Shown here piece by piece: positions 56,985-64,000 of a DNA stretch of 64,000 bases. The stretch comes from Naegleria gruberi (taxonomy: Eukaryota): assembly GCA_000004985.1 (NCBI GenBank), contig GG738861.1. The stretch is one strand, 5' to 3'. Under the pieces are notes generated by a model, which did no database searches, was not told the origin of the DNA, and worked only from the letters and a program-made list of their open reading frames with translations. Position 1 is the first letter of the stretch. Each line of letters begins with the position of its first letter. The position numbers were made by a program, and so were the translations under genes.

Positions 56985-58383
56985 TTAATACAACTTATTG
57001 ACCTTTCCAACAAATAACACCACATCATCTCTCTTCAACACAAACGCAAATGGACGATCAATAACAAAATCTCTCTGATCCAACTCATCCACAATCGAAG
57101 TCGTCCGTCCAACAATAATAGAAGCAGTAGCAGCAGCTGCCTCAGTTCCCAATTCATCGACACGAATGTAGGCCTTGTGGAAGATTTTATCAATCCACAA
57201 TTGCATGAGAGGTTTCATTGGGTGATCGGGTTGGATCATGGCTGAGAAGTTGGCAGCCTCTCTTTCGAAGGAGGTTATCATTTTGAAATCACCATTCTCG
57301 TCCTTGAGAATATTGGAAAGTTCAGATTCAAATTCGAGTTTAAATTTTGGAATTCTAACGAGACGCATATTAGTTTGAGTGGTTGTAAAGACGGGAGTCG
57401 AGCTGGAGAGTGAGTTGGCAATGAATTGGTCAAAATTCTTATCAGTTGCAGCTGAGAATGGAAGATTAAATTTGGAAACAATAAAAGTCATTTGATAATT
57501 GGTGTTGGAATAGGGCAAGGTCAACCAATTGTATTCATCGTTATCGCCAAACATTTCGAAAACATCCCTCTTGATCATGTATGGAACTTGTTGTTGAAGA
57601 ATTTCATTGGTGATTCTACAAGTTTCGAATATGTGAAAAAATACACTTATATACTTACGAAAGTTGCTTAAATGAGGCATTTGTTGTCATATCCTTACTG
57701 AATGGAGATTGCCACTCTCCTAAAAAGTAAATTGCATTTACCAACACTAACTTGGTATCACTTGTAATTGCACCCACAGGAATCAACTCTTTAATAAGCT
57801 GATTCGTTCTATCCGAAACAAATGAATTAATATCAACTCTTTCAGCCTCTGCATTCCCAGAAAAATCAGCCGATTTCACATTCGAGTGAAAATCATCTCT
57901 TATCAATTGTAAATAATCATAACTCAATGGATAACTCTTCTCAATGTAAATTCCATTGGCAACACTGAGAATTGAATCATTTGTTGTGGTGATGAGAGAA
58001 CTCCACTCATGAGAATAATCCTTAATAGATTGTTCGAATTGAGTGACATTCTCAGGTTGATTTAGAGAAAGGAAGGAAGTATCTTGTGGAAAACCAAGTG
58101 CAAGTGCAATTTCATTAAAGGTTTCATTTCTGGCACCAATCATGGTCATGGAGAGGACGGTATGAATGGAAAATGGTGAGTAGACAAGATTTTGAGGTGC
58201 TTGTTGATTTGAAGTGCTGCTGTTGTTGGTTGGAATGAGAAAAGATTGATAGAGTTTTGAACTGAAAACAGAGATTGCACGTGGAATTTGGAATTGTTGG
58301 CAACTGACTCCTAATATAAAAACAGATAATAGGTAAATCAAAAAGATTAAACGTTGAGTCATTTTGTTGAAAGATATTTTCAT
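56985..58383 (-). CDS. Secreted serpin (serine protease inhibitor). Exons 58383..57659 and 57615..56985, about 451 aa
   Basis: Signal peptide (LIFLIYLLSVFILGVSC). NAIYFLGEWQSPF breach motif. Hinge and reactive-centre loop ELGTEAAAATASIIVGRT. Shutter VIDRPFAFVL. Frame-shifted ORFs joined by GTAAGT donor at 57658 and CTTGTAG acceptor ending 57616 (43-nt phase-2 intron). Confidence 0.75.
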
Positions 58384-58475
58384 TTCCTTTTGATTTTTGG
58401 TAATGCCTTTATAGAAAATGGGCCTCTTCCATTTTGGGTGATTTGCTGTTTGTGTCTTTTTGATTTATTAATAAA

Positions 58476-61400
58476 TTAATTTTCATCAGTCACTATTTGT
58501 CTGGATAACATTGGGTGGTTTTTTACACATTTCACTCTGGAAGCAAATGTTAGAGTAGAGATTGTCTCAGAAACACTCTTTTTATCTGGTGATACGTTGG
58601 CAAACATGAGAGTTTTGGAATTGCCTCCAATCATATCTTGTAACATGAGAGTGAGTTTAGAATTTCTATATGGAATGTGCTTTTGGTGAGTAGAGAGGGC
58701 TGCAATCACATCTCCCAATGCTGAGAGACTCTTATTAATATGCTGAGCTTCTTTAAATCTATCACCAATGGAATTCGATCTGGAAACTCGCTCAGAACCA
58801 GCCAAATCAACAAAGGCAATCTTACTTTCCTTTTTGAATAGTCTTCCTTGTGGGTTGAGAGAGGTTGGTTGAGTATATCCTTCCATACTGATTTTGATAG
58901 TAAAGATAGTGTGTGACCTTGAGGACTGATCATTCATGTCAGTTTTGGAAATTTGCTTTACCTCATTTCCAAATTCCAATAATCTAACCAAATCATTTGG
59001 ATGATACACATCTACTTCGATACAGTTTGTGACAGACATCTTACCGTTCTTTGATTGTCTGAGTTGTGGAGGCTTTCTCTTATCTGTGGCCTTAAATTGA
59101 TTCTCTGAATCTTGATATTTTTCAAAGAGATCGTTCAAAGTGTCAAGATACAATTCAACCATGCTGCATGAGATGGAGAAAGCCTCAGTCCTTGAGCACA
59201 TTTGTTTTTCTAAAGAATAGAACAGATAGTCAGCTGTTCTTTGAATTAATCCACATTGGTTAGATTGATCCTCCCCATGAATGGTAAAGGTTTTACCACT
59301 TCCCGTTTGGCCATAAGCAAAAATACACAAATTGTAGCCATCAAGTGCGCTCTGAAGCATTGGTTTCACGTGCTCAAAAACATCCTCTTGGGAAATGTTT
59401 TCATCAAGCACCTTAAAGAAGTCATACTCTTTCAGTCCTAGATTTTGACTTCCAACAGTGATAGTTGTATCATCTTTAATGTCTATCCTTCCATTTGAAA
59501 GGTCAGTCGCCTGTTCATCCCCTATTAAAGGCCTCATTCTTACTATTACTCGAATATTTCCCTTCATATCTTCCACAAGATTGTGCAAGGACTTTCTCTT
59601 TTTAACTTCCTCTTCGAATAAATTTCTAAGAGCATTATAATCTGAATAGAGGTCATTATACCTCTTTTCAATTAAAGCTCGCTCCTTTGCAGCTTCCATT
59701 ATTAAACTTGCAGTATCATAATCACCTCTCATTAATTTTCCAATTTGATTCTTTAAATTTTCAATTGCATATTCTGCAGAATCAACAAACTTCTTATCTG
59801 ACTCTATCTTTTGATTAGCAACTTCAAGCTCTGTTTCTATTTGGTCAATGATATTCTGAGATTCTATCCTTTCTTGTTGTTGAACCAATTTCAGAATTTC
59901 TATTTCTTCCGCCCAATTTCTTAAAATTGTATCCTTCTCTCTATTCCATGCTACTTGTTTTTCAATTTCAAACTTGTTTCTCCAAACTTGAGATTCTTGA
60001 ACTAGTTCATTTTTCAATTGCGTTGCAGAATTCTCCATCTGCACAATTTTCCCATCTCTTTCCCTGATGCTAGCTTGCAGTTCGGCCAGTTGTTGCTTGA
60101 GTTTTGTAATGTCTTCTGAAGCTGCTCCTCCTCTTGTTCCGTAAGGTGTTTTTTGTATATCTTTCTCTGATAACAATTCCTTCCTTAGCCTTGTATTTTC
60201 AGTCATTAACTCCTGCCTATCTTCATTTGCCTTTTGTAGAATCTCCTTCTTTTCAGAAGCATACTTCCTTGACAGTTTCAATTTCTCGTCATTCATTTGA
60301 TTTTGAAAATGTTTTTCAAGAGCCATTCTTATGGTTTTTTCTCTCTCAGCCTCAACATCTGACATTTTGAATCTAGGAGAAAAGACTGAGTCTCTAGGAG
60401 GGCTGCTTGAAAATGATACAATATAGGAGGAGGTATTCATACTCATGTTATTCCTTGGTTCAGTCTTGGTTGCTTCATTATCTCTAGTGGGATTAATAAA
60501 ACTGTTGATAAAAGAATCATCCAGATCATATTCTTCATTTCGATCCTCAGATTGTGAAGAAGATAACTTTGGAGAAAGTTGTTTTGCAATAGGTGAAGGG
60601 GATTTCGAATCGTTTTGGTATGGTTGATTTGGGGAGGATAATTGTTGAGGAGGAGAGTCGTGTTGAAGGGGTTGCTTACTTGGTGAAGTGAGCTTGTTTG
60701 GAGACGGAGTTTTTGGAGGTCTTGGTTGCTCTTCTTCGAGAAGCATTTCATCATTTTGTTGTTGATTTACCTTATTCGGAGACTGCCTCTTTTCGATTTG
60801 ATTTTCATATTGCTTTCTTTGAGAAATATGGACAAGAATGAGCACAGTTTTATCTGACAAGCTCAAAGATGATCCTGTTACATGGTCCTCGAGCGGTTTA
60901 GAAACTGAGATTTCTTGTGTAGGTACAGAGGCGTAAAGTACTTGCTCCTCAACTGGTACATTTACAACTCGGTGAAGATTGGATTTAATCTTGTAAACCT
61001 TCAATTTGTTCACATCCTTATATTTGATCAGAATTTTGTAATTCTTTTGTGTAATTGTCGAAAAAACTGTAAATGAAAATTTCTCTTCACCTTGATTTGA
61101 AATAGCAGGTTGGGCGACAACTTTTTCTACCTTTTCAGGTGACACTTTCAAATTTTCTTTAGTAATTGTTTGTGGAATAATATTAGGATTTTGAGGTTGT
61201 AGAACGGAGGGTGTTTTCTTTTTGGTGACAAGTTCAAAAGATACCTTCTTGGAAGGTGTCTTATTAGGAGTCTTTCCTTGATGGGTTGGTGCTTCCACAT
61301 TCTCATCATTAGACTTATTGTACAGCATCTTCTTTAAGCCACCAAAACTTGTCTTGTTTGGAGTGATGACACCGTTTGTTGATGTGGTAAGAGATGATTT

Positions 61401-61853
61401 GTTAGTGTTGGAAGGAGTTAGAGTTGAGGAAGATTTGGTGATTGGGAGAGGGGAGGATTGATTCGCCAAATCATTTAATATCGAGAGTGTATCTTGTTCA
61501 GGTTTTTGTTGCACTTGTTGATCGGAATTTATCATCATCACACCACCAGCCTTAGTATTGTTATTCTTGTTGGGAATATTGGAGGGAATGATGAGTGAAG
61601 ATTCTCTGATCCATGAGCCTGATGATGGTGTCGATGAGGAATTATTGATTGTATTTGAAGAGGGTAAACTTGATGTAGACTTCCTCAATGCCCAAATGTT
61701 AGCCTTGTTGGGTGTTGTACTTCCGGAGACTACTCTTGTTGTGGAAGAGGGACGTTGCATCCTTTTTTTATGAGATGAATTTTCGTTTTTACTTTTTGGC
61801 GCCAAATAAAAGGAGGCAATTTTCAAGTAATAAGAATACCCAACTTCTAACAA
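58476..61853 (-). CDS. Kinesin-14 (C-terminal motor; KIFC/Ncd/Kar3 class), single exon, 1125 aa from first ATG. Likelier start is Met 61760
   Basis: C-terminal motor with RVIVRMRP, P-loop FAYGQTGSGKTFT, switch I SSRSHTIF, switch II VDLAGSER, and a minus-end-type neck just before it. Long coiled-coil stalk. Ser/Thr-rich N-terminal tail. An E2F-like GGCGCC element at 61798 lies 38 nt upstream of the MQRPSS Met but inside the ORF if 61853 is used, which favours 61760 as the start. Confidence 0.85.
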   Translation of the reverse strand: MLEVGYSYYLKIASFYLAPKSKNENSSHKKRMQRPSSTTRVVSGSTTPNKANIWALRKSTSSLPSSNTINNSSSTPSSGSWIRESSLIIPSNIPNKNNNTKAGGVMMINSDQQVQQKPEQDTLSILNDLANQSSPLPITKSSSTLTPSNTNKSSLTTSTNGVITPNKTSFGGLKKMLYNKSNDENVEAPTHQGKTPNKTPSKKVSFELVTKKKTPSVLQPQNPNIIPQTITKENLKVSPEKVEKVVAQPAISNQGEEKFSFTVFSTITQKNYKILIKYKDVNKLKVYKIKSNLHRVVNVPVEEQVLYASVPTQEISVSKPLEDHVTGSSLSLSDKTVLILVHISQRKQYENQIEKRQSPNKVNQQQNDEMLLEEEQPRPPKTPSPNKLTSPSKQPLQHDSPPQQLSSPNQPYQNDSKSPSPIAKQLSPKLSSSQSEDRNEEYDLDDSFINSFINPTRDNEATKTEPRNNMSMNTSSYIVSFSSSPPRDSVFSPRFKMSDVEAEREKTIRMALEKHFQNQMNDEKLKLSRKYASEKKEILQKANEDRQELMTENTRLRKELLSEKDIQKTPYGTRGGAASEDITKLKQQLAELQASIRERDGKIVQMENSATQLKNELVQESQVWRNKFEIEKQVAWNREKDTILRNWAEEIEILKLVQQQERIESQNIIDQIETELEVANQKIESDKKFVDSAEYAIENLKNQIGKLMRGDYDTASLIMEAAKERALIEKRYNDLYSDYNALRNLFEEEVKKRKSLHNLVEDMKGNIRVIVRMRPLIGDEQATDLSNGRIDIKDDTTITVGSQNLGLKEYDFFKVLDENISQEDVFEHVKPMLQSALDGYNLCIFAYGQTGSGKTFTIHGEDQSNQCGLIQRTADYLFYSLEKQMCSRTEAFSISCSMVELYLDTLNDLFEKYQDSENQFKATDKRKPPQLRQSKNGKMSVTNCIEVDVYHPNDLVRLLEFGNEVKQISKTDMNDQSSRSHTIFTIKISMEGYTQPTSLNPQGRLFKKESKIAFVDLAGSERVSRSNSIGDRFKEAQHINKSLSALGDVIAALSTHQKHIPYRNSKLTLMLQDMIGGNSKTLMFANVSPDKKSVSETISTLTFASRVKCVKNHPMLSRQIVTDEN
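61793..61807. promoter_or_regulatory. E2F-like element TTTTTGGCGCCAAAT (contains canonical TTTGGCGCCAAA), about 38 nt upstream of the likely kinesin-14 start Met 61760
   Basis: Exact match to the palindromic E2F/DP consensus TTTSGCGCSAAA. Confidence 0.4.
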
Positions 61854-61904
61854 TGATTGCTTAATATTATATTATTTTAATATCATTTTATATTTTACAA
61901 TTGT

Positions 61905-63389
61905 TTAAATATTATCCTCAAAGGATTCTTCAATCAGGACTAATCTGCTAATGTTGATTGGTTGAGCTTCTGGTGTTGATTTCTTTTCAACTAGAGGCTT
62001 TAATTCCTTCTTCTCATAGAGATGAGCATAGTTTTTCTTGTGATCCTTTTGGAGCGACTCCAATAATGATGTGAAATTCTCCTTAAATCCTTCAACATCT
62101 CTAGGCAGTGTATTGAAAAAATTGGAAATACTCTTCTTCTTTGTTGTCATGATATTGTCTAATTTGGAAATAAATTGTTTCACTTGTGAAAGACTCTTCT
62201 TGTACTTGTTATCAAAATCCTGTATGACATTATTTTGCTGTTGAGTTAATGAAATCAAATGAGTTTTCCTCATCTTTTCCAATTCTCTCTTTCCAGATAA
62301 AATTCTTTGACTCAACACTTCAATTTCTTGTCTATGTCTACTCTCCACGAACACCAATTTCTTTTTTAATTTTTCCTCTTGATTCTTCTCGAATTGCTCA
62401 ATTTCTTTAATTTCTAAAGGCAGTAATTGTTTTCTAGCAGCTTCAGCTTGTCGATACTCCTTTGATTTGACCAGTGTTACAATTTTGGCTCTTTGGTCAA
62501 GAACATTCTTAGAGAACTTTGGTTTATGCACATGGAGTTGAGATCGAAGAACTCTTTCAGTTTGTGCTAGTTCAGATTTTTGTCTTTCAATAGTATTTTT
62601 CAATAATTCCTTAGATTGATTCTCGAATAACTTTTGCTTTTGATCCCATGTGATATCAAATGCGTCCATATCCATGGCCAACACTGACATGATTTCAATT
62701 CTTAATAATTCTCCTAATTTTACAAATGACAATTCTATTTTACCTGCTTCCTTCCTGTATACATCAACAATTTTCTGATGGACTTGTTCTGCTTGAACAA
62801 AATAACCTTCCTCTTCAAGAACCAATCGCTGTTCTTCTAATTCTTCAATCAATAAGCTTAATTGGTCTTGAGTGAATAAAATATCGTTTGGATCTTGAAC
62901 TATTGAATGTCTGATCGGATTCACCAATGGTTTTCTCTCAGACTTTGGTGATGTGATAGTTGATGGTGTTTCATCTCTATAAGAACTCACAGAAGAAGGT
63001 GATAAATCGACTGGAGCTGCAGAAGTCTTCGATGGTGTGACGATCGATGTATTAGTATTGGTTGAGGAGGATGGTAATTCTGAGGTCGGTTTTGTTGGTA
63101 CAGATGATGAAACCTTTTTAACAGGTTCTCCAGAAAGCTGTTGAGCAACAACTTTTGCCTTCTTTTCTTGTTCTTTTATCGTTCCATTCAGAAGGGCAAT
63201 CTCCTTCTTTAACTTTTCAATCTTATCTTCATCACTCATATCCAATTCTTCTTCAGTTACCTTACCCATCATAATCCCAGCCAATTCATCATTATCCCTC
63301 CAAAGTGTAACATCATCTTCGAGTATTATTTCACCACTATCATCATAATTTTGTTCCCTCTCGGCAGCAATTAAGCTCTCACTCTCCAT
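61905..63389 (-). CDS. Hypothetical coiled-coil protein, 494 aa
   Basis: Acidic N-terminus, Ser/Thr/Pro-rich linker, then about 300 aa of heptad-rich Lys/Glu sequence. No catalytic motif. Confidence 0.45.
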   Translation of the reverse strand: MESESLIAAEREQNYDDSGEIILEDDVTLWRDNDELAGIMMGKVTEEELDMSDEDKIEKLKKEIALLNGTIKEQEKKAKVVAQQLSGEPVKKVSSSVPTKPTSELPSSSTNTNTSIVTPSKTSAAPVDLSPSSVSSYRDETPSTITSPKSERKPLVNPIRHSIVQDPNDILFTQDQLSLLIEELEEQRLVLEEEGYFVQAEQVHQKIVDVYRKEAGKIELSFVKLGELLRIEIMSVLAMDMDAFDITWDQKQKLFENQSKELLKNTIERQKSELAQTERVLRSQLHVHKPKFSKNVLDQRAKIVTLVKSKEYRQAEAARKQLLPLEIKEIEQFEKNQEEKLKKKLVFVESRHRQEIEVLSQRILSGKRELEKMRKTHLISLTQQQNNVIQDFDNKYKKSLSQVKQFISKLDNIMTTKKKSISNFFNTLPRDVEGFKENFTSLLESLQKDHKKNYAHLYEKKELKPLVEKKSTPEAQPINISRLVLIEESFEDNI

Positions 63390-63763
63390 TATTATTATTT
63401 GTATATTTTACCTAGTTGTATATTATATCTGTAAGTTATCAGCAGTAAACAACAATTTTATATTGCTCCACTTTGGCCTCAATCCCTTAGAAAACACAAG
63501 CAATATAGTAAAAGTTGATGCGTTCTTTCCCTCTCTTAATGGAAGTTAAGGTTTTATAATTTTTTTTTAAAAAATGTAACTGTTACGCAAGCCTTTGCAA
63601 AGAATCAAACTCTCAATGATGAGCATGTACTGTAGTAACTAACAAACTTAATTCAAAAAACATGAGAGAAGAAATTATTTCATATGGAAGATAATTATGA
63701 TTGGAAAAATCAAAACCTTCAAGTACTGGAAGACGATTATTATAATCAATTTAATTCAAAAAA

Positions 63764-64000
63764 ATGTCTCTCTTCTCTTCCTTCTTTACATCACAGCAGG
63801 AACAAGTACAACAAGAGTTTAATCTTGGTGTTCAACCATTACGATCGAGAAAGTGGATACATTTTAATTGGTCACATATTTTGTTCATTGATGGTGAATT
63901 TCATCCGACCGAATGTTTACCGAAAGATGTTTTCAAGGAAATTTTACAATTTAACGATATGGAAATGTTGATAAATCAAATATTTTCTCTCTTGTTTGTG
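63764..64000 (+). CDS. Putative F-box-like protein, 5' portion only (runs off window end)
   Basis: ATG at 63764 opens a frame-2 ORF with no stop before 64000 (MSLFSSFFTSQQEQVQQEFNLGVQPLRSRKWIHFNWSHILFIDGEFHPTECLPKDVFKEILQFNDMEMLINQIFSLLFV). LP.DV..EIL.F.D...L resembles an F-box. Weak. Confidence 0.3.
   Translation, partial: MSLFSSFFTSQQEQVQQEFNLGVQPLRSRKWIHFNWSHILFIDGEFHPTECLPKDVFKEILQFNDMEMLINQIFSLLFV

Noticed and set aside
1-64000. Possibility that the window is Dictyostelium-like (AT-rich, poly-Q tracts) or prokaryotic (the ORF track uses GTG/TTG starts)
   Set aside because: IFT121, CFAP298 and SPEF1 are not expected in non-flagellated dictyostelids. Pervasive GT-AG introns with in-frame stops, a nuclear-type tRNA followed by a T-run, and eukaryote-specific genes (GCN5 with bromodomain, LKB1, VPS26) exclude a prokaryote. 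No CRISPR, rRNA or operon structure was seen.

Overview
This window is eukaryotic nuclear DNA, AT-rich (roughly one-third GC by eye) and gene-dense. I called about 36 protein-coding genes on both strands, one tRNA-Lys(UUU) gene with a downstream T-run, and no rRNA, CRISPR or clearly intact mobile element. The tRNA call rests on a hand-folded cloverleaf, and the protein homologies are recalled from memory rather than searched. Roughly half the genes are single-exon. The rest carry one to five short spliceosomal introns of about 40-160 nt with GTAAGT, GTATGT or GTTAGT donors, an AG acceptor and often a CTAAC-like branch site. Many of these introns contain in-frame stops, so the supplied ORF track splits single genes into two to six pieces. 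I rebuilt exon-level models by hand from donor/acceptor positions, codon-phase arithmetic and colinearity with remembered homologues, so all splice coordinates are manual calls. Gene content: a Zn2Cys6 transcription factor, an EZH-like CXC-SET protein, an oligopeptidase B-like S9 peptidase, VPS26, CFAP298, Kae1/OSGEP, an SLC35-type transporter, WDR35/IFT121, AsnRS, a lipoate-protein ligase-like protein, LKB1/STK11, a USB1-like 2H phosphoesterase, a copper P1B-ATPase, a calmodulin-like EF-hand protein, Rpp21, SPEF1, IPP isomerase, an m-AAA FtsH protease, ataxin-10, a serine carboxypeptidase, an NRPS-like adenylation-thiolation-reductase enzyme, OGFOD1/Tpa1, a SAYSvFN protein, Bax inhibitor-1, a NYN-domain protein, a PPR protein, GCN5, a secreted serpin, a kinesin-14, plus several hypothetical genes. 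The intraflagellar-transport and cilium genes (WDR35, CFAP298, SPEF1) show the source organism builds flagella. Most notable to me: a rare palindromic GGCGCC-cored element (TTGGCGCCAA-like, matching the canonical E2F site) occurs six times, always intergenic and 30-150 nt upstream of an ATG in five cases, including all three cilium genes and the kinesin-14. Second: a large intron-less NRPS-like A-T-R reductase gene, an unusual enzyme class for a eukaryote. Third: an EZH-type SET domain with a degenerate NHS motif, and an ~0.8 kb ORF-free structured intergenic tract. Taxon cannot be fixed from sequence alone. The marker mix suggests an intron-poor amoeboflagellate (heterolobosean/Naegleria-like) or an early-diverging zoosporic fungus.
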